Source of the DNA: Promethearchaeota archaeon | GTDB taxonomy: Archaea; Asgardarchaeota; Lokiarchaeia; Sigyniarchaeales; Sigyniarchaeaceae | DNA length: 21,275 nt | Direction: 5' to 3' | NCBI GenBank assembly: GCA_016932935.1 | Contig: JAFGBX010000314.1 | Span: 1-21,275, forward strand | Part shown: positions 1-8,103 of the stretch, piece by piece | Layout: each line of letters starts with the position of its first letter | How positions within the stretch are numbered: position 1 is the first letter of the stretch | Notes under the pieces: generated by a model | Told to the model about the DNA's origin: nothing | The model's input: the letters and a program-made list of their open reading frames with translations, nothing else | Databases searched by the model: none | Program-made: the position numbers and the translations under genes

Positions 1-1
1 C

Positions 2-2806
2 TCGGCGAGGAATAAGAAATTCTTCGCCGCGGGGTTCATCACGTGTATGGCCGTCGTGCTCGGCGCGGAACTGCTGTTCCCGGCGCTCATGACGGGCGCC
101 CGCGGGCAATTGACGGCCGTCCCGGTCTCGAACACTCTGTACCTCGCCACGCCGTCGGAGCTCGGCAACTCGGACGTGCTGGACGCCTTGCTCCTGGATC
201 CTTCCATCGCCGTGAGTATGAGCTTCAACGGAAGCTTCGGCGGCCACGATTGCGTCGTCTGGGACTCGGCCCGGCCGCTGAACTCGACGGAAGCAGCAGC
301 GCTCGTGGCGTTCGTCCAGAACGGGGGCGGGCTGCTGGCCATCGGGAGCCCGGCACTCGCCGCGAATTCCAGTATTCTGGTCGACCTGGGCATCTTGACG
401 ACGGCATCTGCCTCTGAAAGCTCGAAGCTGACGATCGTCGACATCCCGGCGGCCACGCTGTCGCATCCATTCGCCGGGAAGGTCGAATGGAACTCGATCC
501 CGGAGATCGTGAACTACACGGTCATCCAACGGGGCGACTTGATCGCGACGAACACGACCGTGTTGCTCGACCGGTTCTTGCAGGTGGGCGAGGTGGGGAA
601 CAAGGACCCGCTCCTCGTCGAGAAGCGTCTCGGGGACGGGCGCGTGCTGTTCTACGCGGGGCACTTCGGGTCGGCCGACCGGGATATGAACAAGCAAGTG
701 CGGCTCTGGCCTTACTTCAACTACGTCTTCTACGGCTCGGTCTTGTACCTGTCGGGCGACGAGGCGAGCATCCCGACGTTCGGTAGCTGGGCATACAGCC
801 CCGTGCCGCACGCCAACGATCAAGCGATGATCGCTATTTACGTGACCGCCATGGCGGCGTTCGCCTTCGCCATCTTCTTCATCGTGCGCCGCCGGTCGAG
901 GCGCGTCAAGCTCGATGAGAAGACGCTCGCCGCCGCGCAAGTCGAGGTGAAGAAGGAGGACGAGGTGGCCATCGAGCTCGACGAGGCGAAGAGGCGGCGG
1001 GTGAAGGAGCTCATGGACTCGGGTATGGACCCGGAGGCCGTGTACGCGGAACTGGCGAAGCTGGCCGAGGTCGACCTGCGGGACAAGTGGGAGCAGGTCG
1101 GCAGCCACCGGCAGATAGGCGGGTTCTTATTCGGCTTGTTCATGGGCATCATCGTCATCGTCCCCCAGCTCGTGATCTTCGGTTACATCTTCCCGCAGAT
1201 CGTCTTGCCCTTTCCCCAGGTTAACGGCTGGATGGACATGACCAAGAACTTCTTCGGTGCCATCTGGACAGCCTTCGACGTCGGGACGAGCGTGGCGCTG
1301 GCCAAATACTTCGCCCAGTACCGTGTCAAACAGCCCGAGAAGGCCATCCACTACATCCAGATTTTCGTGTGGTGGCAGATGCTTAGCGGCGTCGTCCAGA
1401 TCACCATCGTCGCCTTGATCGGCTCGATAATCTTCCCGCCGACCTACCTCGCGCACATGTCGTGGATGTTCGTGGTCCACTCGCTCATCCAGTACCCGGG
1501 CTTCTTCCTCGTCCTGCAGTACGTCTTCCAGGGCATGCAGCGCACCGACTACCAACTGGTGTCGCAGCTCCTATACACGATCATCTTCAACGTGCTGTGC
1601 CAGATCGCGTGCATCGTGCTCTTCCGCTGGATCTTCGCGCCGCTGCCCATGTACGGCGAGGCGTTCGGGGCCGGGATCGGTTTCGCCATCGGCCAGTACT
1701 TCGCCGAGTGGGGCACGTTCTTCTTCACGGTCGGCCTGTTCAAGAAGCTCAAGTTCTCCTTGTCGACGATCTTCCGGGCAGATTTCACGCGGGCGGAGTT
1801 CCGGGAGACGATGCGCTTCGGACTCAAGTTCGTGATGGGATCCGTGTGGGTTCCCGCGGTCTGGCTCTTCCAGATGTTCCTTCAGAGCGTTTTCATCAAG
1901 GGATACGCGACGGAAAACGGCTACTTCAACCTGGTCTACACGATCGGGGGCATCGTCGCCGTCGTCGGCCTGTTCATGGAGGGCCTGCTTTCCGGCGTGT
2001 CTGAGGCGCACTCGCACGGCAAGAAGAAGCTGCTCGAGTTGCACACGGTGCAATCGCTCAAGTGGGCGAATTACATCGCGTTCTTCATCGTGACGCTGCT
2101 CTTGATGCTCGGGCCTCGGTTCATCATAGGCTTTTCGGGCGAGGATTGGCTCCCGGCCATAAAATTCATTCCGTGGGTGCTGATATTCCAGCTCCTCGGG
2201 CCGTACTCGTGGTCAGGTGATAAAATGCTCACGGGCGCTGGCCAGACGGGCAAGCTTGCTATCTGCTGGGTCATCGAGCAAATCTCTCGTGCGTTGCTCT
2301 TGCTTGCGTTCATCCCTGGCTTCCAGATGCTGGGCGTGCTCTACGCGTACATCCCGGCCCTCGTGGCCAAGAACATCTCCCTCTGGATCTTCATCTACCG
2401 CTACGTCACGAGGCCGAAGGCCTACTGGCTCGTGGTCTGGATATCGCCAGCCGTGAGCTCGATCATCGTCTACTTCCTCTTCGAATACGCCATCGCGCCT
2501 TTCGTGTGGCAAGGGGACTTGATCTCCACGGCACTCCTGTTCCTGGTCGGGCTCTTCGGTGGCTTGTACCTCTATGCCTTCCTCGCTGGTGTCTTCGGCC
2601 ACTGGGATCGCAACACGATCGCCGAGCTAGACAAGGCGACGCGCATGGTCAAGGTAGTAGGCGTTCTCGCGCGTAGCCTTTACCACGCGTCGCGCGCCGG
2701 CTACATGGTGAGCCCGTTCAAGGACAAGCACCCCGTCGACGTGTTCATGGACGCCATGCGCGAGGCGCACGAGCTCGAGATCGAGAAGAAGGTGCTCAAG
2801 ATCTAG
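2..2806 (+). CDS. Large polytopic membrane protein: extracytoplasmic N-terminal domain + charged helical linker + Wzx/MOP-like polysaccharide/oligosaccharide flippase-type domain; probably 5'-truncated by the window edge
   Basis: The frame is open from nt 2. SARNKKFFAAGFITC precedes the first ATG at 47 and, with MAVVLGAELLFPALM, looks like a basic n-region plus hydrophobic signal/anchor, so the true start is likely left of the window. Residues ~30-260 are hydrophilic with N-x-S/T sequons (NST, NSS, NYT, NTT). Then come a TM segment (AMIAIYVTAMAAFAFAIFFIV), a charged linker (KLDEKTLAAAQVEVKKEDEVAIELDEAKRRR) and at least 12 hydrophobic spans up to TAG 2804-2806. Codons are GC3-rich. The flippase assignment is by architecture only. 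Confidence 0.6.
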   Translation, partial: SARNKKFFAAGFITCMAVVLGAELLFPALMTGARGQLTAVPVSNTLYLATPSELGNSDVLDALLLDPSIAVSMSFNGSFGGHDCVVWDSARPLNSTEAAALVAFVQNGGGLLAIGSPALAANSSILVDLGILTTASASESSKLTIVDIPAATLSHPFAGKVEWNSIPEIVNYTVIQRGDLIATNTTVLLDRFLQVGEVGNKDPLLVEKRLGDGRVLFYAGHFGSADRDMNKQVRLWPYFNYVFYGSVLYLSGDEASIPTFGSWAYSPVPHANDQAMIAIYVTAMAAFAFAIFFIVRRRSRRVKLDEKTLAAAQVEVKKEDEVAIELDEAKRRRVKELMDSGMDPEAVYAELAKLAEVDLRDKWEQVGSHRQIGGFLFGLFMGIIVIVPQLVIFGYIFPQIVLPFPQVNGWMDMTKNFFGAIWTAFDVGTSVALAKYFAQYRVKQPEKAIHYIQIFVWWQMLSGVVQITIVALIGSIIFPPTYLAHMSWMFVVHSLIQYPGFFLVLQYVFQGMQRTDYQLVSQLLYTIIFNVLCQIACIVLFRWIFAPLPMYGEAFGAGIGFAIGQYFAEWGTFFFTVGLFKKLKFSLSTIFRADFTRAEFRETMRFGLKFVMGSVWVPAVWLFQMFLQSVFIKGYATENGYFNLVYTIGGIVAVVGLFMEGLLSGVSEAHSHGKKKLLELHTVQSLKWANYIAFFIVTLLLMLGPRFIIGFSGEDWLPAIKFIPWVLIFQLLGPYSWSGDKMLTGAGQTGKLAICWVIEQISRALLLLAFIPGFQMLGVLYAYIPALVAKNISLWIFIYRYVTRPKAYWLVVWISPAVSSIIVYFLFEYAIAPFVWQGDLISTALLFLVGLFGGLYLYAFLAGVFGHWDRNTIAELDKATRMVKVVGVLARSLYHASRAGYMVSPFKDKHPVDVFMDAMREAHELEIEKKVLKI

Positions 2807-2814
2807 CCGGTTCA

Positions 2815-2862
2815 ACCTTTTCTATCCCATTTCTTTCACTGGTTCCTGAATTGCTTTTCTTC
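2815..2862 (+). terminator. Pyrimidine/oligo-T-rich tract downstream of the flippase-like gene (possible archaeal-type terminator)
   Basis: T runs (ccttttc, catttctttc, gcttttcttc) lie within 60 nt after the TAG stop, in an otherwise GC-rich context. No experimental support. Confidence 0.3.
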
Positions 2863-3088
2863 ATGAGTGCAGCTAGCTTGCGAGCGTCACCAAAATCAAG
2901 TCGAACGCATCTGGGCGGAAGGAGTGCGCTATGGCGAACCGGCAAACCATGATGCAGCGGCAAGCCAAGAGCTGGTACACGGGCCGTCGATGGCCGCGGG
3001 CGCGACTCGCCGTTTCCCTTTGCGCCTCTCGCGCAATGGTTATAATCGCCGAGACGAGATCCAACCAAGACTGCTGGTGTTTGACCGC

Positions 3089-3796
3089 ATGAGCGAAACC
3101 CGCAAGGTACGGATCACGTGCCCGTCGTGCAACAAGACCTTCGATGTCGGGCTACCGTTCACCCAGTTCAACGAATCACAGCTGGAGAAGGGGCTCGTCA
3201 CCGTCCTATTGAAGAACGAATGCGGCCACAAGTGCTTCGTTTTCATCGACAAGGATTTCAAGATGCGAGGCGGGCATTGTGCCGACTTCGATCTCGACAG
3301 CGAGGGCATCAACAGCTCGCCCGTCCAGAACCAGTACCAGGCCTCGGAGCTCTTGCTGAAGTATGCCGCCGAGATCATCAAGATGGACATTCAAGAAGAA
3401 CCGTTCATCAACGCGATCGGCGCCCAGAATAAGATAGACGCGATGGAGAACGCCCTGATCCGCGGGGACATCAAGAAAGCCGGGTCACTCATCGACAGCC
3501 TCCGGAAGTTCGCGTCCGAGATCGACGAGAAAGAATTCGCGAACAAGCTGCTCAAGAAGGTACAAAGCATCAACAAGCTCATCATCGAGAAGCCGAACCT
3601 CGATTGGAACACGTTCGTGCTCGATGATGGCGAGGCGAGGAGCGAGGCCGAGTATGCCTCCATGCACGTGATCCACTACGAGCGGCTGCGCAAGGTCGTC
3701 GCGGAGCTGGAATACGAGGCCATCGAGGGGCGGCTGCCGCGGGCCGCGGTCGAGGCGAAGCGGCAGCGGCTCATCGAGCTCATGGACGAGGCCTGA
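3089..3796 (+). CDS. Hypothetical protein: N-terminal Zn-ribbon (CPSC...CGHKC) followed by a long helical, charged C-terminal region
   Basis: ATG at 3089 (MSETRKVRITCPSCNKTF...). The upstream part of ORF 2867-3796 is R/G/A-rich and unprotein-like. An in-frame GTG at 3077 is an alternative start, 34 nt from the TATA-like ttataat at 3040-3046. TGA stop at 3794-3796. The next gene follows 6 nt later. Confidence 0.6.
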   Translation: MSETRKVRITCPSCNKTFDVGLPFTQFNESQLEKGLVTVLLKNECGHKCFVFIDKDFKMRGGHCADFDLDSEGINSSPVQNQYQASELLLKYAAEIIKMDIQEEPFINAIGAQNKIDAMENALIRGDIKKAGSLIDSLRKFASEIDEKEFANKLLKKVQSINKLIIEKPNLDWNTFVLDDGEARSEAEYASMHVIHYERLRKVVAELEYEAIEGRLPRAAVEAKRQRLIELMDEA

Positions 3797-3802
3797 CATG
3801 AT

Positions 3803-5218
3803 ATGGACGAGAAGAGAACGACGTCGCAGCGCGAGCGGCTTCGGCTGCTCGCCAAGTTCCTGCCAGGGACGCCAGCTGCCGCCTCCGCGATCGAACTGCT
3901 GCAGCGGATGATCCGCGTCGACACGACGAACCCGCCCGGCAACGAGATCGCCCTTGCCAGGGATCTGGAGGCCTGGGTGAAATCACGGGGACATAGCTTC
4001 GTCAAAACCCGAATTTTCGAGAGCGAGCCGGGCAGGGCGAGCCTGATCGTCGACATCCCCGGTAACGACCCAGGCAATCACCCGTCGTGGGGTTTCATGA
4101 GCCATCTTGACGTTGTGCCGGCGGAGGGGAAGTGGGCCCATCCCCCCTTCTCTGGCGATCTCGTGCAAGCCGAGCACGATTCGTTCGTCTGGGGGCGCGG
4201 CGCGCTCGACATCAAGTACCTCGGAGCGGCCAACCTCGTGGCGGCATTCACGCTGCTCGACGAGGGGTTCCGGCCAAGGGGGAACATCAAGATCCTACTC
4301 TGCGCCGACGAGGAGAACGGCGGCCACAAGGGGCTCGAGTGGCTCGCCGGCAACCACCTCGACGCGGTCAAGGTCGATTGCTGCCTCAACGAGGGCGGCG
4401 GGTTCAAGCTCCCGATCAAGGACGACTTCGTCATCCAGGTCGGCGAGAAGGGCGTGTTCTGGACGCGGCTCCGGATCCACGGCAAGGGCGGCCACGGCAG
4501 CATGCCCCCGGACTACGGCACGACCGCCATCTACAGGGCTGTCAGGATCCTCGACAAGCTCAAGCGATACAAGGCGAGGCTCACCATCGGCAAAGAATAC
4601 ATTGCCACGATCAGCGCGATCTCCCTCCCGAACTCCCTCAAGGGCTTGATCAAGGCGAAGGGCCTCCTCCGCGGCCTGCTTGCCCTGGCCGAGAGGGCCA
4701 CCCGACTCAAGCTGCGGCAAGTAGTGCTCCCGCTCGTCTCCAACTCGATCGCGGTCACCAACTTCCACTCCGGGGTCAAGGAGAACTCGATCAGCCCGGA
4801 TGCCGAGCTCGTCCTCGACATCCGCACCCTGCCCGGCGTCGGCAGGGCGGAGGTGAACGAGATGATCAGGGAGGCGATCGGCGACGAGCTGTACGGGCAG
4901 GTGGAGGTGGAGCCAATCGCCAACCAGCCATGCACGACCTCGACCATCGACAACCCCTATTACGAGACCATAGCCAGCATCACTGGGGAGATCTATCCAG
5001 GTGCCAACCTCGTACCGTTACTGAGCCAGGGCTCGACGGATAGCAAGTTCTACCGGGAGAAGGGTATGGCAGCGTATGGCTTCTGCCCGACGATCAAGGA
5101 CGACGATCTGACCTACGACCAGCTCCTCGCCATGGCGCACAACGTGGACGAGCGCATCTCGGTCACGAACCTCATGCTCGGCGTCGACTTCGCCTACCGG
5201 GTCATGAAGCGGGTGTAG
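3803..5218 (+). CDS. M20-family metallopeptidase (ArgE/DapE/ACY1/CPG2-like deacylase/dipeptidase)
   Basis: M20 hallmarks: TTNPPGNE near the N-terminus, HLDVVPA (metal-ligand His-x-Asp), GRGALDIKY (catalytic Asp region), CADEENGG (metal/catalytic Glu-Glu), HGKGGHGSMP and a dimerisation-domain-sized insert. Possible GAGG 11 nt upstream of the ATG. Confidence 0.85.
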   Translation: MDEKRTTSQRERLRLLAKFLPGTPAAASAIELLQRMIRVDTTNPPGNEIALARDLEAWVKSRGHSFVKTRIFESEPGRASLIVDIPGNDPGNHPSWGFMSHLDVVPAEGKWAHPPFSGDLVQAEHDSFVWGRGALDIKYLGAANLVAAFTLLDEGFRPRGNIKILLCADEENGGHKGLEWLAGNHLDAVKVDCCLNEGGGFKLPIKDDFVIQVGEKGVFWTRLRIHGKGGHGSMPPDYGTTAIYRAVRILDKLKRYKARLTIGKEYIATISAISLPNSLKGLIKAKGLLRGLLALAERATRLKLRQVVLPLVSNSIAVTNFHSGVKENSISPDAELVLDIRTLPGVGRAEVNEMIREAIGDELYGQVEVEPIANQPCTTSTIDNPYYETIASITGEIYPGANLVPLLSQGSTDSKFYREKGMAAYGFCPTIKDDDLTYDQLLAMAHNVDERISVTNLMLGVDFAYRVMKRV

Positions 5219-6413
5219 GGGGTTCCACGGCGCGTTGAACCTGGGACCGGTCGCCCTCCAAGCCCTGGCTGGCCGGCGGCCGTGTGGCGATCGACGCCCG
5301 CTTCTCGTTCTTGTATATATCGTAGACGAAGTACAAGGCGAGGAACTGGGAAAACGGGTTGAAGAACGAGAGCGCGACCATGAACCCAGTTTGCTGGAGC
5401 ATTTTCTTGAACAGCTCCTTCTTGGACGGCATGTAGCCGTTGTACGCCAACGAGAACAGCGGCATGTACCAGAGGATGAACTGGGCGTTCGAGACGTTGA
5501 AGAACGTGAGGAAGATGACAATGTTCAGCAGCACCCTCGTTCGGAAGCTGACCTTCTTGATGTAGAAGAAGATGTCGGAGGAGACCAGGGCGATCGCGGT
5601 CACCACCAACGCGATTGGCGAATAAAACGCTACGAACGCGGCGACGAACGGGGGGTTTTCGACCGGAGGAAAGAACCTGTTAAAGCCGTCGAACACCGTG
5701 TACATCGGCCTTTGCACGTGGTTCAAGAACGGTTGGATGATGTCGGCGAGGGGGATATGCAAAACCATCAAGCCACCAAGAACCAGCGCCACGCTGCCAG
5801 CGACGAGGATGAGACGCCGGAGCATCGTCTTCCTTTCGCTGATCACGTACGGGATAACGATGATCGCGCCCAGGAACTTGATGCTGAGGGCCAGCCCGAT
5901 CAAGGCCAGGGCTAACAGGTCCCTGAGGAGGGCGCTACCCCACTTGCTCTCCAGGAGCAGCACGAAGTTCAGTACCAAGAACCCGATGACGGAGTCGAAC
6001 AAGCCCGTGTAGACGCACACCGAGCACAGGAACGGGTTGAACAAGAAGTACGCGCACGATAGTATCTCCCGCTTCCCGAACTCCCCACGCTTGGACAGTA
6101 GCCGGTAAATTTGGTACGCCGTCACGACGTGGAACGCCAGGAAGACCAGCTTGGGGAGCCAGTAGTTCACGTTGAAGAGCCAGGAGAAGAACACGAGGAA
6201 CCCGATTGGGTAGACGAACGTCATTTCCCCGGCCAGGAACTTGTTCCAATAAAGGACGTAGGCCACGGAATAGTCTTCGTGCGTCAACCAGACGAGGCAC
6301 AAGAAAAAACTCGCCACGAGGCTCGTGTAAAAGGCGAACCGAAACTGGCGCATTCCTTTGGCCGACACGGGTTCTTGCATGGTTCTCGGTCTCCGGTTGG
6401 GCTCAGTACTCAT
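5202..6413 (-). CDS. Polytopic membrane protein, GT-C-fold glycosyltransferase-like (DUF2029/PIG-M-like)
   Basis: ATG at 6413 (MSTEPNRR...); alternatives at 6380 and 6353. About 10 hydrophobic spans, with motifs VYPIGFL and FLFNPFL resembling DUF2029/GT-C loops. Only the C-terminal 403 aa of the 732-aa track ORF is protein-like. Its N-terminal part is an R/H/G-rich off-frame read through the neighbouring transporter gene. TATA-like box 28 nt upstream of 6413. Confidence 0.65.
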   Translation of the reverse strand: MSTEPNRRPRTMQEPVSAKGMRQFRFAFYTSLVASFFLCLVWLTHEDYSVAYVLYWNKFLAGEMTFVYPIGFLVFFSWLFNVNYWLPKLVFLAFHVVTAYQIYRLLSKRGEFGKREILSCAYFLFNPFLCSVCVYTGLFDSVIGFLVLNFVLLLESKWGSALLRDLLALALIGLALSIKFLGAIIVIPYVISERKTMLRRLILVAGSVALVLGGLMVLHIPLADIIQPFLNHVQRPMYTVFDGFNRFFPPVENPPFVAAFVAFYSPIALVVTAIALVSSDIFFYIKKVSFRTRVLLNIVIFLTFFNVSNAQFILWYMPLFSLAYNGYMPSKKELFKKMLQQTGFMVALSFFNPFSQFLALYFVYDIYKNEKRASIATRPPASQGLEGDRSQVQRAVEPPTPAS

Positions 6414-6436
6414 TGTGAATAGGTGGCGGTTGGACG

Positions 6437-6445
6437 TATATCTTT
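6437..6445 (-). promoter_or_regulatory. TATA-like box (aaagatata on the minus strand) for the GT-C-like gene, leaderless geometry
   Basis: This is the only AT-rich element in the 41-nt gap between the transporter stop (6455) and ATG 6413. It is centred about 28 nt upstream of the ATG. Confidence 0.4.
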
Positions 6446-6454
6446 CGTCGCGCC

Positions 6455-7990
6455 TTAGCTGTCCGCCAAGAACTTGGAGCGGCCGCTCCCGTCGAGCCGC
6501 TCCGAGCGCTTGTCGCCGTGGAGCCGTTCCAGCTTGGCTTTTATGGCCGGGTAGTTGTTGCGGTCGATGGGGAAGAAATGCCACGCGGCGACCCCGATCG
6601 CCGAGAGGATGGCGGGGATGAGGAACGTGGCGACCGCGACGCCGGTGATCGCCCTCCCAAAGTCGTCCCCCTCGACGACGAGGCCGTTGGTGAAGTCGAT
6701 GTCGTTCGCCGGCACGAGGGAGAAGGAGGCGAGGATGAACGGAACGGCAGCCAGGGCGAGGCTCGTCATCGGCTTCGACGCGATGCATCCAAGCCCCGAG
6801 TAGACGGCCTCCCTGCGCTCGCCCGTGATGGACTCGTCGTAGTCGACGACCATGGCGCGCGCAGGAGCGAGGTAGATCAAGAACGCCGGCATCCCCATGG
6901 CTCCCACGCTGAACCCAAGCGACACGAGCCACGCCCCCGGGGGCAAGGAGTAAGCCCCGACCATGGTGCCGTTCGGTACGTACGCGGCGGCGAAGGCGAT
7001 GGCGTACCCGACGCTCTGGATGGCGAGCGAGAACGTGATGGCCGCCTTGAGGTCGCGGTACCGGGGGATGTAAAGGATGATGACCGTGCCGGCCACGATG
7101 CCCCCCGCGGGGCCGAGGAGGAACGGCACGGCGTCCCAGAAGGTCGAGCCCGGGTTGGAATCGTTGAACCCGAAGATCCACGCGATGACGAACGCGAAGC
7201 CCGTCTGGACGAAGTACATGGCGCCCGTGGAGAGGCCCTCGTAGGCGATGAAGGCCTGGCCCGCCCGGTTGGCGAGCACGGTCCTGGCGGATTGCCTGAA
7301 GGAGGCCTGCGTCGGCGGGATGTATTCTTGTCGTTCCTTGACCCACCGGGTGAAGAAGGCCCACGGGACAAAGGAGACAGCACCGAACACGAGGACACAA
7401 ACCTGGAAGGCCGCCACCGATTCTGGGGACGGGTTGGACAGGAGCGCCATGGGCACGAGGCCCGCCGCGGCACCGGCGATCGACAATCCGGCCGACGCCA
7501 GCGCTATCTTCGTCCGTTCACGCCCGTCGATCGTGATCTGCGGGAACAAGGCGGTGCATGCCAAGTAGCATATCGTGAAGCAGGTGTCGTAGCAGAGCTG
7601 CGAGACGAGGTACCACACGAAGAGGGGGAACTGGTAGTCAACTCCGCCGGTCGACAGGCCCCAGCCCGCGGGCGGGAAGAACACGAGGACGAACGAGGCC
7701 GAGAACAGAGGGGCGCATACCTTGATCCACGGGATGTACCGCCCGCTCTTCGTGCGCGTGCGATCCATGAGCATGCCGAAGATCGGATCGTTGAGGACGT
7801 TCCACACCGCGTAGACCACTTGAGCCACGGCGATCCAGCTGGGATCCAGGCCCATCCATCCGTACCAGAACGCCTGGAGGAAGCCCAGCATCGACACGAA
7901 GATGCCGCCCGGCACGCTCGAGAGCGCGTACCCGACCGTCTCCTTCCACGACACGCGCTCAGCTGGACTTGTGTTCATCTGGCTGGTCAT
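6455..7990 (-). CDS. GPH-family (glycoside-pentoside-hexuronide:cation symporter, MelB-like) MFS transporter
   Basis: GPH signature NDPIFGMLMDRTRTKSGRYIPWI (D-P-x-x-G-x-x-x-D-R-T...G-R-x-x-P) after TM1, plus about 12 hydrophobic spans. Start chosen at ATG 7990 (MTSQMNTS...); the 39 upstream codons of the track ORF are P/R/A-rich. ATG 7978 is an alternative. Confidence 0.8.
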   Translation of the reverse strand: MTSQMNTSPAERVSWKETVGYALSSVPGGIFVSMLGFLQAFWYGWMGLDPSWIAVAQVVYAVWNVLNDPIFGMLMDRTRTKSGRYIPWIKVCAPLFSASFVLVFFPPAGWGLSTGGVDYQFPLFVWYLVSQLCYDTCFTICYLACTALFPQITIDGRERTKIALASAGLSIAGAAAGLVPMALLSNPSPESVAAFQVCVLVFGAVSFVPWAFFTRWVKERQEYIPPTQASFRQSARTVLANRAGQAFIAYEGLSTGAMYFVQTGFAFVIAWIFGFNDSNPGSTFWDAVPFLLGPAGGIVAGTVIILYIPRYRDLKAAITFSLAIQSVGYAIAFAAAYVPNGTMVGAYSLPPGAWLVSLGFSVGAMGMPAFLIYLAPARAMVVDYDESITGERREAVYSGLGCIASKPMTSLALAAVPFILASFSLVPANDIDFTNGLVVEGDDFGRAITGVAVATFLIPAILSAIGVAAWHFFPIDRNNYPAIKAKLERLHGDKRSERLDGSGRSKFLADS

Positions 7991-8103
7991 CACTCCGGCG
8001 GGGCGATCACTTGACTTAGGAGGCGGGAGGAGATAAGGGCGTCTGGCGGGGCGCTCAGCCCGCGCAGGGGGCTGTGCCCGCACGGGTGCCTCGGGCGGCC
8101 GGG

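Noticed and set aside
5202-7400. 732-aa ORF read as a single protein
   Set aside because: Only the C-terminal 403 aa (from ATG 6413) are membrane-protein-like. The N-terminal 329 aa are R/H/G/P-rich and lie out of frame over the well-supported GPH transporter gene (6455-7990). This is a high-GC shadow extension.
6518-8014. 498-aa plus-strand ORF antisense to the transporter. Similar long shadows: 4132-5043(+), 4295-4768(-), 5235-5915(+), 10353-11186(+), 11345-12169(+), 12275-13006(+), 12862-13545(-), 13578-14264(+), 19309-19761(+), 19963-20547(-)
   Set aside because: Their compositions are extremely rich in R/G/D/E/H/P and lack motifs. All overlap genes with strong family signatures. Stop-codon scarcity in about 70% GC DNA explains them.
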